In this document: positions 9,543 through 19,226 of the stretch, in pieces
How the letters are laid out: each line of letters opens with the position of its first letter
How positions within the stretch are numbered: the stretch's first letter is position 1
Origin: Coprothermobacterota bacterium
GTDB taxonomy: Bacteria > Coprothermobacterota > Coprothermobacteria > Coprothermobacterales > Coprothermobacteraceae
Assembly (NCBI GenBank): GCA_036679065.1
Contig: JAZIGN010000001.1
Coordinates: 1 to 64,000, forward strand
Length of the DNA: 64,000 nt
Reading direction: 5' to 3'
Notes under the pieces: model-generated
The model's input: the letters and a program-made list of their open reading frames with translations, nothing else
What the model was told of the DNA's origin: nothing
The model's database searches: none
Made by a program: the position numbers and the translations under genes

Positions 9543-9734
9543 GCGTTGAACATGCATACAGCTGCCATAATGAGTGTGTTTCCTCTATAATTGAATTAGA
9601 GCCATATGGCACGGTAACAGTGCCTAATAGTGGAAGTTTTCATATGTGCGTGTTTGTGGGTTTTGATGTGAATTGTGTGCATTGTGTGCATGATTTGTAT
9701 GCCCTCAAGGTGGGCGGAGGAGGTTGATGCTGAT

Positions 9735-10349
9735 ATGATACCGTGGGTGGTGCTTGAAAGACTTTACCTGTACTATTCATATGTGGAATCACTACCACCT
9801 GAAATAAACTGGGTGTCCTCGCAGATGCTTGGTGAAGCATTAGGGATTTCACCAGACTTAGTAAGAAAGGATATGACTTACTGCGACATAAAGGGCAAGC
9901 CTCGTCAGGGTTACCCCGTGCAAGAGTTAAAAAGCTACTTACGAAAACTGTTGAAGTTGGACGTTAACGTTAAGTCCGTAATTGTTGGTGCAGGCAGACT
10001 AGGATCAGCTCTGGCTAACTATGACGGACTAAGGAAAAACAATATGCAAGTGCTGGCGCTATTTGATGTGGATCCCGAAAAGGTAGGAAAAAATCTGGGT
10101 GATATTCCCATACTTGCTCTTTCAGAGCTAGAAGGCTTTGTAAAGGAGAAGCATGTACAGTGTGGTGTAATCACAGTTCCTGCTAACAGCGCTCAGCAGG
10201 TCTGTGATCTCTTGGTTAGTGCCGGGGTAAGAGCTATTTGGAATTTTGCTCCTGCGGCTTTGAAAGTGCCTCACCATGTCGAGCTAAGGAATGAAAATAT
10301 TGTGCAAGGTTTTGTACTCCTTAGAATACGAATGCTGGAGGTGAACTGA
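9735..10349 (+). CDS. rex: Redox-sensing transcriptional repressor Rex
   Basis: ERLYLY..VSSQMLG..VRKDM..GY winged helix, IVGAGRLGSAL Rossmann motif, FDVDP, IWNFAP; GGAGGAGG upstream. Confidence 0.92.
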   Translation: MIPWVVLERLYLYYSYVESLPPEINWVSSQMLGEALGISPDLVRKDMTYCDIKGKPRQGYPVQELKSYLRKLLKLDVNVKSVIVGAGRLGSALANYDGLRKNNMQVLALFDVDPEKVGKNLGDIPILALSELEGFVKEKHVQCGVITVPANSAQQVCDLLVSAGVRAIWNFAPAALKVPHHVELRNENIVQGFVLLRIRMLEVN

Positions 10350-10350
10350 G

Positions 10351-10884
10351 GTGGACCGCGCAGACATTGTTAAGGAAGGCTTACATTTGGCAGGAGTACT
10401 TGCCTCTCAGAAGATGCTAACGGCACCTAAGGCGCTGGGTCGGGATAGCATCGATGTCAAACTTATCGAAGACAGAGAAACATTAAGAACCATTTTGGAT
10501 GAAGCGAAGAAGTTTCAAGATAAGTGGCCATTCTACAGTAGGGACGCAAAGACGTTGGAAGATAAGGATTTTATTCTGCTTCTGGCTTACGCAGAAGACA
10601 AAAAGCCAGCGAACCTAAATTGCGGTTTGTGTAAGATGGATTGCGACAGTGCTCGTCAAGGGAAAACCTTCTGTGTGTTTTCTGCCTTGGATTTGGGGAT
10701 TGGCTTAGGAGTGGCAGTGGATGTGTTTAACGATTTTGGTGTGGACAACAGGATTCAGTGGACTTTGGGTGAAGCATGCAAGAGTTTGGGTTTGTGCCCT
10801 GAAGGCAGCGTTGCCATAGCCGTTCCCATGCATGTGAGCAGCAAGAATGTGTTCTTTGATAGATTTTGGTGGGACAGGAAGTGA
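10351..10884 (+). CDS. DUF2148 ferredoxin-like (putative Fe-S) protein
   Basis: TAPKA.G.D, NCGLCKMDC...C, DLGIGLG, DNRI, SSKNVFFDR. Confidence 0.8.
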   Translation: MDRADIVKEGLHLAGVLASQKMLTAPKALGRDSIDVKLIEDRETLRTILDEAKKFQDKWPFYSRDAKTLEDKDFILLLAYAEDKKPANLNCGLCKMDCDSARQGKTFCVFSALDLGIGLGVAVDVFNDFGVDNRIQWTLGEACKSLGLCPEGSVAIAVPMHVSSKNVFFDRFWWDRK

Positions 10885-10894
10885 ATGAGAAAAA

Positions 10895-12040
10895 ATGCGA
10901 GTTTTGGTAACAGGTGATTGGCATTTAGGGGCTGTGACCTGGAGAAGAAAGCCACAGGATAGAACTCCAGAAATTCAAGCTTGTTTAAATGAAATATTAG
11001 ATTTTCTTAGTCAAGAGCGAGTGGATTTAATTGCCGTTACTGGTGATTTTACTCATTATTGGGTTCCCTTAGAGGGTGAGAAACAGCGTTGGCTCATGGA
11101 TTACCTTTATGCCTTGTCTGAACATGCACCCGTGGTCGGTGTTTTAGGAAACCATGATTGGCGTGGTTTAGTCAGCTTTGATAAGTTTGCGCGTAAAAAA
11201 GATGTTTACATCGTTGATAAATTTGGCCAATTGGAACTGAACTTAAATGGCACTAAGGTGTGCATAGTGATTCTGCCTTACTTTGATGCAAGAAAAGTGC
11301 TCCAGCCTTATCAAAAACTAACCAGTAATGGCGTGAAGGATACTGCGAAGCAAGTTGTATTGAATGATTTATCTCCTCGCTCATGCTCTTGGGATGCTAA
11401 TTACAGAATACTGATAACACATGGTGTGGTAGAGGGGCTGGCTTATTCGGAATTGGGTGGTAATGATGTGCCCATACCCAAAAGTGCGCTGTCACAGTTT
11501 GATTTCGCCTTACTGGGACACATTCACAATGCTCAAGTGATAAAGGATGATTCCACAGGCAGAATTGTGGGATGTTACCCAGGCGGTGTGGCCAAGTTAG
11601 ATTTTGGTGAAATGGGAAGTACGCAAGGCTTTTGGATTGTGGACTTAAGCCCTAAGGGCCCAGACTGCAAGCTTATTCAGTTTTCTTCACAGAAACCTCT
11701 GAAACGTGTGGAAGTCGCAGGACCGGTCACGCCTGAAGTGCGTGAAGAAATCATGAGAACTAACGGTTATGTTAAAGCGGTGCTTAAAGAAGGCGATCTG
11801 GTCACCGTTCAAAAGCTGTATGACTTAGAGCCGGTGGTCGTAGTGGAACTCAAGAGTGCCGTAAGTAGTGGAAGTGAAGGATCAACGGGTGAAGGAGAAA
11901 GCAAGGTTAGGTTTTCCTCTTTGGAAGAGGCCTATGGTTTGTATTTGAACCATTATCCAGAACTGGCAGAGGACAAGCGAGATGAACTTCTTAGGAGATT
12001 CTCTTCTTACTTGAGGAAAGCTAAGGAGAATAAGTCATGA
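10895..12040 (+). CDS. sbcD: Mre11/SbcD DNA double-strand break repair nuclease
   Basis: Metallophosphoesterase motifs GDWHLG, TGDF, GNHD, THG, LGHIH; overlaps a Rad50-like gene. Confidence 0.9.
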   Translation: MRVLVTGDWHLGAVTWRRKPQDRTPEIQACLNEILDFLSQERVDLIAVTGDFTHYWVPLEGEKQRWLMDYLYALSEHAPVVGVLGNHDWRGLVSFDKFARKKDVYIVDKFGQLELNLNGTKVCIVILPYFDARKVLQPYQKLTSNGVKDTAKQVVLNDLSPRSCSWDANYRILITHGVVEGLAYSELGGNDVPIPKSALSQFDFALLGHIHNAQVIKDDSTGRIVGCYPGGVAKLDFGEMGSTQGFWIVDLSPKGPDCKLIQFSSQKPLKRVEVAGPVTPEVREEIMRTNGYVKAVLKEGDLVTVQKLYDLEPVVVVELKSAVSSGSEGSTGEGESKVRFSSLEEAYGLYLNHYPELAEDKRDELLRRFSSYLRKAKENKS

Positions 12041-14955
12041 AACCAAAAAAGCTAGAAGTTACTAATTTTCTGGGCCTGAAAAATCTTTCACTAGAGTTCC
12101 CAGAGCAGGGTGTATTTGTCATAACAGGACCTAACGGCTCTGGGAAATCTTCCATTTTGGAAGCCATGTATTTTGCACTTTATGGTAAGACAATGAGGCT
12201 TCCTGGTGATGTCAAAAACACCGCTGTCATAAACAGGAATGCTCAGCACAGTTCTGATAATCCGGCTAGGGCTGTTGTGAGTTTCACCTTTGTGCAGCAA
12301 GGCAAAGAATATCTGGTACGTCGCGAGCTGGTGAGAGGCGCTCATAAGAAAGATGATGTAAGTCATAATGCTTGGTTGTACGACCTTAGCGGCCATGCCG
12401 GGCTTGTCCCTGAAACAGGTGTAGTTAAGGTAAACAACAAGGTTGAAGATATTCTGGGCTTGACGCCAGAGGTTTTTGCGGCAACGGTGTTCTTGGGTCA
12501 AGGTAAAATAACAGAACTTGTAGAGGCAAAACCAGATAAAAGACGTAAGATCTTTGATGCCATTTTGGAAACCGATCATTTAGTTAAGATGCAAGAACTT
12601 GTGCGCGGAGATCTTAGGGAACTGCAAACTAAAGTAAAGGACCTTCTGGAACGTAAGGAGATTTTGGAACAAGGCCCTTCTGCCAAGGATTTGGAAACAG
12701 AACTTCAAGACGTGGAAGAGAACATGAAGCAGGTTATTGAAAGGGTGCAGGTTTTTGAACAGGCTGCAAAAGAACTAGAAGAAGTGCAGAGAATCAAAGC
12801 AGATATGGAAAACACCGAGGCCGACATAGCGGCATTAAGAAGTGAAATAGAAGAGCTTAAGGAAGCAGCTGAACGAGATACGAAAATAAGACTTATAAAA
12901 GAGCTCAGGTCAAAATATGCTGAGCTGGAGCAGTGGCAAATCCAGCTTGAGGAATTAACGAAGAACAAGGATAAGCTGGAAAAGGACTTGTCGAACTGGT
13001 CCGAAAGGATAAATGAGCTTAAGCTAAGAGTTGTGCAGATCGAAGGACAGTTAAACGGTCTTGAAGATGATGTGCATTTATCTAAAGAGAAGGAAATCCT
13101 GGCTCAAAACTTGGAGGATTTGAAGGCACTCCGCAGTTATTTAGAAGAAGCTTGGAATGCAATTGTTCAATGCCGCTTGACTAGCGAAGAAGTTCTCCAG
13201 CTAGTCCTCGAGGAAAGAAAACTCAAGTCTGAAATCAACAAATTGGAGCATTTTGTTGAAGTGGTTTCTTCGTCTGATGGGCTAATAAACAGTTATTTCA
13301 GTGCGAAGCAGAATATGGAAAAGGTGGAGAAAGAGAAACAGGAAGTTGAAAAAGAGCTATTCATACTGGAACAGTCCCAAGCGACCCTAAAAGAGCGTAT
13401 ATCCATTCTAAGTCAGGATTATCCCAACTTGGAACAGGACTTTTTGGTGAGCCGTCTAGCTGAACCTCTTCATGTTGGTGATACGTGCCCAGTCTGTGGC
13501 AGCGAAATTACCAAGCTTAGGGAGATTCCCTTGCCTGAGGACGTGCTTATGGAATTTAGCCAGCTGGAGATGGAGCGGTATCACCTGGAGCAGCAGCAGA
13601 GAATTATCAATGAAAGAAAAGCCAAACTTGACAAAGAGGAGATTGAGCTCCGTGAGGTCATTAAAGAATGTGAATCGCGGCTCGATCTGGCAGTTTTGGA
13701 AAAGATGGGAAGCGTGAAATCGTTTGATGCTTTTCAGATGTGGTTGTCTGCTCAGCGTGAAGCGTTACTGGAACGTAATCAGCGCGTGAGCCAACTTGAG
13801 GAGCAGATACAGTCTAAGAGAGACAGGTTAAAGAGTACATATTGCAGTACTTTGAAGCGGCTTTGCTATCAGAAGGAAATAAAGGAAGCCTTACTAAAAG
13901 GAAGCGTGGAAGAACAACTTTCACAAGCTGATCAAGGCATCGCGGAGATGGAAAGACGTAAGAAAGAGCTTGAAGCCTTTTCTCAGCAGGTAAGGGAGCA
14001 GCGACAGGATCTCATGCTTGCTTTGGCTGAAACCAATGTTGAACTTAGAAAAACTCAGGAGAGAGAAGAAGATATCAGAAATACTTTGCAGGAGACTATC
14101 CACCGCATGAAACAGCTTTCTGGCCAAGTCAGCACCTTATTAAGTGAGCTGAAAGAAGAACTTTCTAGAGCTCATATTAGCTATGAGGACTATGAGCTTC
14201 TGAAAAGCGAGCAGGAGAGCGGAGCTGCTGATCAGCTAAGGGCCTTAAAAGGTAAATTGGACGTACTTGAAAAGAGGTTGGAAGAACAGCGGAAGAAGTA
14301 CTTGTCTTTGCTGGAGAACCGCGACGTAGCTAGTGAAGAGCTGCCAGTTCAGCTCGAACAAGCTAAGAGTGAATACGAAGTTCTTCTCGGCGAGCGAGGT
14401 CGCCTACAAGCTTCCATTGAACAAGCTTTGCAGAAAGAGGCCGAGTTGAAGCAGGTAGAAGTGCAGCTTGATGCGTTGGAGAAGGAATTAAACATACTCA
14501 GCCGTCTCTCGGATGATTTGAAAGCGGACCGCTTTCCTGATTTTTACCGTGGGGAAATGATGAATGAAATTGTCTCCTCAGCTTCCAGCCTTTTGTGGGA
14601 AATGAGCGGTGGTCAGTTTAATCTGACCTTTGACTCAGATTCTTTCCGTTTCGACGTAGTGTTTGATGATGGACTTAGCTCAGACATAAGCAGTTTAAGC
14701 GGTGGTGAAAAGGTTTTGGTAGCTCTGTCTCTGGCGTTTGCAATAAGTCAACATTTTGCTGGGTCTCTGGAATCCATTTTTCTGGACGAAGGCTTAGCTT
14801 GGCTTGATAAGGAGAACAATACAAAGCTGGCACAGTATCTTCAGAATTTGGAGGACGGTGCCATTTTGGTTGGTATCGTCACTCATTCGGAGGAATTTGC
14901 TATAAACTTCCAGAGGCGGCTCTACGTGAATGGGGGGAAAGCCCAGTGGCTTTAA
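12037..14955 (+). CDS. sbcC: Rad50/SbcC SMC-like ATPase
   Basis: GPNGSGKS, long coiled coil, central CPVC zinc hook, LSGGE, FLDEG, VTH. Confidence 0.93.
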   Translation: MKPKKLEVTNFLGLKNLSLEFPEQGVFVITGPNGSGKSSILEAMYFALYGKTMRLPGDVKNTAVINRNAQHSSDNPARAVVSFTFVQQGKEYLVRRELVRGAHKKDDVSHNAWLYDLSGHAGLVPETGVVKVNNKVEDILGLTPEVFAATVFLGQGKITELVEAKPDKRRKIFDAILETDHLVKMQELVRGDLRELQTKVKDLLERKEILEQGPSAKDLETELQDVEENMKQVIERVQVFEQAAKELEEVQRIKADMENTEADIAALRSEIEELKEAAERDTKIRLIKELRSKYAELEQWQIQLEELTKNKDKLEKDLSNWSERINELKLRVVQIEGQLNGLEDDVHLSKEKEILAQNLEDLKALRSYLEEAWNAIVQCRLTSEEVLQLVLEERKLKSEINKLEHFVEVVSSSDGLINSYFSAKQNMEKVEKEKQEVEKELFILEQSQATLKERISILSQDYPNLEQDFLVSRLAEPLHVGDTCPVCGSEITKLREIPLPEDVLMEFSQLEMERYHLEQQQRIINERKAKLDKEEIELREVIKECESRLDLAVLEKMGSVKSFDAFQMWLSAQREALLERNQRVSQLEEQIQSKRDRLKSTYCSTLKRLCYQKEIKEALLKGSVEEQLSQADQGIAEMERRKKELEAFSQQVREQRQDLMLALAETNVELRKTQEREEDIRNTLQETIHRMKQLSGQVSTLLSELKEELSRAHISYEDYELLKSEQESGAADQLRALKGKLDVLEKRLEEQRKKYLSLLENRDVASEELPVQLEQAKSEYEVLLGERGRLQASIEQALQKEAELKQVEVQLDALEKELNILSRLSDDLKADRFPDFYRGEMMNEIVSSASSLLWEMSGGQFNLTFDSDSFRFDVVFDDGLSSDISSLSGGEKVLVALSLAFAISQHFAGSLESIFLDEGLAWLDKENNTKLAQYLQNLEDGAILVGIVTHSEEFAINFQRRLYVNGGKAQWL

Positions 14956-15986
14956 TGTTTAAGAAGGAAACAGTAACCATGTTCAAAATGCTTTCTTTGC
15001 ATCAAGGTGTGGAGAGGTCTTATTACGACAGCGAATTTGCTATGTGGGATAATTTGCCGCCTTTGCCTGAAGACTTCTCAGGCCTGAACGTGGTATCTTG
15101 CACACCAGTCTTGCAAGGCGAAGAAGTACTAACCCGCCTAAGTGTGGAACAGATGAACAGGCCCATCGTCATTGTAGATGGTGTGCAAAGGCTGATGAGG
15201 CGAAAGCTTCAGAAAGACGGAAACTGGGTTTATTTGGTGGGTCTGGCTGCCGGCGCCGTGGAGGTATGGCCCAAAGCTGATCTGCTGTTGCCCACCCTAA
15301 GAAGGGAATTGGTACTTTTCGTACCTGAAGGGCTACTCGAGATGCCTTTTGAAGACGAGTATTACAATATTCCTTTTAGGTCAGTTGCTTACAATCCCAG
15401 GGATGAGAGAAGACCCTTGAACACCATAGTCAGTGAAAAGCGTTCTGCCTTGGAATTGTCGGCTTTGAATCAAGCGGTAAGCGAGTTGGGTGGGAAAGGC
15501 ATCTTACTCAGGGATGGTCCTTTGAAGTTCGGGGATCCATTGACACGGGCAAATGGACCGGTAGGGTTAGTGAAGACTTTGGAGCCTCGTAGTAATGTGG
15601 ACATTTTTACCAACTTTGTGAAGAAATTGGATCTTGGGCAGGTAAGCTGTCTATTGGAAATGGAAGATAGGAAGGATACTGAAGAAATAGGTAAAAGGCG
15701 GTATTTCTCCTATCTACGGATCATGGATGTGGGCGATCCTTTTTCTTTGGAGGGTATAGTCCGTCTTGACATGGTTGGGCAGGAAGGTAGTGGTGAGGAG
15801 CTTGCAAAAACTGCCTTTATGGCAGCTGAAACAGTTTTTTCCTTATCCCGAGTAGGACCTTATTCTCGTTCTCCTTACAATTTGATGACAGTGGACTGGT
15901 TGGAGAAGCACTTGAGGGCCTTGTTACCAGATCCTTCGGTAGTAAGTATTGAGGTAGCCAGGGAGGTGAACAAACTTGGCGGATAA
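14955..15986 (+). CDS. nurA: NurA-family 5'-3' nuclease
   Basis: RNase H-like acidic motifs IVDG, LE, LRDGPL, VGLVK; lies between rad50 and herA; TAATG coupling. Confidence 0.75.
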   Translation: MFKKETVTMFKMLSLHQGVERSYYDSEFAMWDNLPPLPEDFSGLNVVSCTPVLQGEEVLTRLSVEQMNRPIVIVDGVQRLMRRKLQKDGNWVYLVGLAAGAVEVWPKADLLLPTLRRELVLFVPEGLLEMPFEDEYYNIPFRSVAYNPRDERRPLNTIVSEKRSALELSALNQAVSELGGKGILLRDGPLKFGDPLTRANGPVGLVKTLEPRSNVDIFTNFVKKLDLGQVSCLLEMEDRKDTEEIGKRRYFSYLRIMDVGDPFSLEGIVRLDMVGQEGSGEELAKTAFMAAETVFSLSRVGPYSRSPYNLMTVDWLEKHLRALLPDPSVVSIEVAREVNKLGG

Positions 15987-18009
15987 CATTATCGGCATCG
16001 TTTCGGGCATTGAGAAAAACACACCTACGGAGTTTTATGTGAACTTGTTTTCAGAGGATGGTAAAAGCATAAGGGTTCGCATTGGCGACGTGGTTCGTGT
16101 AAGTGTGTTTTACAACGACCAGGAAGTTATTTACTATGGGACCGTTTACGACATCCTTAGTAGGTGGGACAATGATGTGGATTCTGGATTCAAAGAGAAG
16201 GCGGTTTTTGAACAGGTAGTTCCCGGCAACAGGTTTTATATGGCAGCTGTGGCAGTTACTAGAGCCTTTTACAAAGGGCGTGAGGTTTTTGATGAACCGC
16301 TGTCAGTACCTGCCCCTGGCACGCCTGCTTTCTTGGTAACCGAGAAAGAAGAAGTTGAAAAAGCCTTGCGTTTTGATGAACTGAAAAGGCGTAAATCCCA
16401 CTTACCGGTTGGAGTCATGATAAATGGACAACCTGCTTACATAGATTTGGGTTTTGTACTGGGTGAGAACGGGGCACACATAAATATAAGCGGTCAGTCA
16501 GGTGTTGCTGCAAAGACCAGCTATGCCACATTCCTCATGGCAGCCATGTTGCAGCGTGGGCAAGGAGAAGACAGGTATGCTAGTGCTCTTCGGGAAGGAC
16601 GTTACATTGTGTTCAACATGAAAGGGGAGAGTTTGTTCTTCCTCGACTGTGACAGCGAGGACTGGCTAAAGGCTGACGAGGCAGACAGGCAAATGTGGAG
16701 TTCCATGTACGCAGCCATGGGACTTGATCCTGAATGGAAATTCCCTTTGGATAACATCCTTTACTGTGGAATCCCTAAAGGCGTTACCGCCAGGTTACTC
16801 GAAGAACCAGACATTAAGTCCAGAAGTGACGCCGGAGATAACTTACGCGTTTACGGGTGGGATTTCATAGATGTTATTCGATACCGCCTTTTAGAACTGG
16901 CGCTGGACCAGGAAGAAATGTCCATGAGTCAAAACATGCAGCTTCTACTTTTTAGTGTGCAGGAGAAAATGGAGGAACTTTTGGAACGTCTTGTCTTTGA
17001 TGTGGATGCAGCTGTGACAGAGTTTACAAGAAAGGGTACCATTGGTAATAGAACTGTTGGAAGAGCTGGAGATAAGAGAGATATTTTTATCAGAGCTTTG
17101 CAAAATATTAAGTGCGATATTCCAGACAATGCCTACGAAAGAGTTCGCCTTGTACTGTACGCCTGCAATGAAGGACCTGAGCAGATTCTTGGTAGTTATG
17201 GTATTCCTCAAACTGTTGATGATTTAACCGACTACTTAAGAGGAGCTGTTTTAGGCGACAAGGCAGAAGTTTCTGAAGGTCAAGAGGATGCGTTAAAGGA
17301 ATGGAGCAAAGCCATCACTGAAAACGAAGTGGGTAGTGCCACTGTGTTTGCTTTTATAAGGCGGCTAAAATTGGCGAAAAAGGAAGGCTTGTCAAAGCTG
17401 TGGAGAGCTTTTCCTCATACCCTACAAGGGGAGGCTACCGAAGCGCCCAGTTTTAACTACAGTGTTGGACGTGCATGGGACAGAAAAGGAGGCATCACAG
17501 TCATCGATCTGTCGAAACTTCATTCCTCCATGCAAGCATTTGTAGTGGGAGCAGTATTAAGGCAGGTTTTGGAGGCGAAAATGGCTCATCCAAAAGCCAC
17601 AGAGGAGCCCGTTTTCATTTTCCTGGATGAACTGAACAAATATGCGCCGAGAACAGAAGGCGGAGCCATGGTAAAGCTGTTTAGGGACGTGGCAGAAAGA
17701 GGCCGTTCTTTTGGCGTAATCTTAGTAGGTGCAGAGCAAACTGCATCTCAGGTGGATTTTCGCGTAGTTACGCAGAGTTCTACCACTGTTGTTGGCCACC
17801 AAAAGGCAGCAGAGCTTAGCCACGACGAATACAAGCATTTATTACCACGGCAGCGAGAGATGGCTTCTTCGGTGGGCCCTGGTGTAGTATTTGTTGATCA
17901 GCCGTTTCTAAGGGTGCCCATCATGGTAAAGTTTCCTATGACCAGATGGTCTACGAAAGAAACCAAGGTTACGACGCAAGGGTTTGGCTTAACTGACATT
18001 TTTGGATAG
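15976..18009 (+). CDS. herA: HerA-family DNA translocase/helicase ATPase
   Basis: N-terminal HAS-barrel-like region, GAHINISGQSGVAAKTS variant Walker A, IFLDELNKYAP, AERGRSFG, AEQ; GGAGGTG before TTG. Confidence 0.85.
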   Translation: MADNIIGIVSGIEKNTPTEFYVNLFSEDGKSIRVRIGDVVRVSVFYNDQEVIYYGTVYDILSRWDNDVDSGFKEKAVFEQVVPGNRFYMAAVAVTRAFYKGREVFDEPLSVPAPGTPAFLVTEKEEVEKALRFDELKRRKSHLPVGVMINGQPAYIDLGFVLGENGAHINISGQSGVAAKTSYATFLMAAMLQRGQGEDRYASALREGRYIVFNMKGESLFFLDCDSEDWLKADEADRQMWSSMYAAMGLDPEWKFPLDNILYCGIPKGVTARLLEEPDIKSRSDAGDNLRVYGWDFIDVIRYRLLELALDQEEMSMSQNMQLLLFSVQEKMEELLERLVFDVDAAVTEFTRKGTIGNRTVGRAGDKRDIFIRALQNIKCDIPDNAYERVRLVLYACNEGPEQILGSYGIPQTVDDLTDYLRGAVLGDKAEVSEGQEDALKEWSKAITENEVGSATVFAFIRRLKLAKKEGLSKLWRAFPHTLQGEATEAPSFNYSVGRAWDRKGGITVIDLSKLHSSMQAFVVGAVLRQVLEAKMAHPKATEEPVFIFLDELNKYAPRTEGGAMVKLFRDVAERGRSFGVILVGAEQTASQVDFRVVTQSSTTVVGHQKAAELSHDEYKHLLPRQREMASSVGPGVVFVDQPFLRVPIMVKFPMTRWSTKETKVTTQGFGLTDIFG

Positions 18010-18075
18010 CACGCTGTAGAAAGAGAACATGTAGGAGAAACCTAAAAGAGAGCAAAAAAGGAGAGTGAAAAACAT

Positions 18076-18546
18076 ATGAACGCCGATCTCCATGTTGAAC
18101 TCATTAAAGAAATACCTGAACCTCAAAAGGTTAGCAATTGGAACGATTTTTTGGAAGGTGCTGAAAGTTTCATGACAGCTTTGGAGGCTCGGTACGAGGA
18201 AGAAGGCTTGTACTTCAGTGCTGAGATGCGTCTTTATTCTGGCATGGAAGCAGGCGATCTGATCATGGCTTCTACTCTTTATGAAGTGGAGTTGGTCAAG
18301 GCTAAAGATTTAGTCCTTGCTTTAGATGCGTGGGCAAGAGAAAACGGGTTTACCCTGGGCGAAGTTTCTTTAGAATTCCGTAGCGAACAAGATGTGGTAC
18401 CCAGATTGAACGTGCCGCGGTTGCTAGCTGAAACAGGCGTGAAGATGGAAGTGGAAAAAGGTAAAGTTGCTCTGGTTTTCACTCCTGGTTCCATGAAAGA
18501 TTTTTCTTCGCTATTCACCACGGTGATTGAAGATCTTAGTAAATGA
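18076..18546 (+). CDS. Hypothetical acidic protein
   Basis: 156 aa ORF with AAGGAG SD; no recognisable motif. Confidence 0.7.
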   Translation: MNADLHVELIKEIPEPQKVSNWNDFLEGAESFMTALEARYEEEGLYFSAEMRLYSGMEAGDLIMASTLYEVELVKAKDLVLALDAWARENGFTLGEVSLEFRSEQDVVPRLNVPRLLAETGVKMEVEKGKVALVFTPGSMKDFSSLFTTVIEDLSK

Positions 18547-18620
18547 AGAATAAGCGCAAATGAGGTCAGAGTGGATCAAGTGCTATTGCTTCTTTGTTTT
18601 TGTGTAAGATTGCTCTATGG

Positions 18621-19178
18621 CTAAGGCGGAGAGATTACTTTGGAGATGATGTTAGAAACACCACGTCCGTCGCTGTCTACGGCGTACACCGTTACATTCA
18701 TGTTGCTGCTTCTTTCTGCAGGCAGCCGCGTGAATTTGTAGCTGAAAGTGCCGTTGAAATCTGTTCTAAGTACCATGATCAGTCGGTTACTTGACCAAAA
18801 TGTTACGTAATAGGCGCCGCCCTTGTTACCTTTAGTCACCTTACCGCTAAACACTACCCAATCAGCTTTTATTTCATCGGCCGTTGGGTAACTAAGCTGT
18901 AGTGACAACGTTTTTGACGCAGTGGTAGCCTGAGAGGGTGTAGGGAATCCATAAGATACTACGGGTGCACTGCCTGTTGCCGTTCCCGGTGTTGTAGTCG
19001 CTGTGCATACTTCTTTGACAACGGTTACTGTTTCTACTACTCTTTCTGGAACACAGGTGGAATTGTTAATGTTTGGTCTGCCGGCAAGGATGAGCAGTGC
19101 TCCCAAGAAAAGCCCTATGGCAAAAAGTAAAACGCCCGACACGGTTTTTCTGTTTTGTGGACGCTCAGGATAATACAT
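18621..19178 (-). CDS. Hypothetical membrane-anchored surface protein
   Basis: N-terminal hydrophobic helix, Thr-rich linker, beta-rich C-terminal domain. Confidence 0.7.
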   Translation of the reverse strand: MYYPERPQNRKTVSGVLLFAIGLFLGALLILAGRPNINNSTCVPERVVETVTVVKEVCTATTTPGTATGSAPVVSYGFPTPSQATTASKTLSLQLSYPTADEIKADWVVFSGKVTKGNKGGAYYVTFWSSNRLIMVLRTDFNGTFSYKFTRLPAERSSNMNVTVYAVDSDGRGVSNIISKVISPP

Positions 19179-19226
19179 GTATTTTATTTTATCAGAATTC
19201 CACCTTTTGCGTTGTAAAATTTAGCC

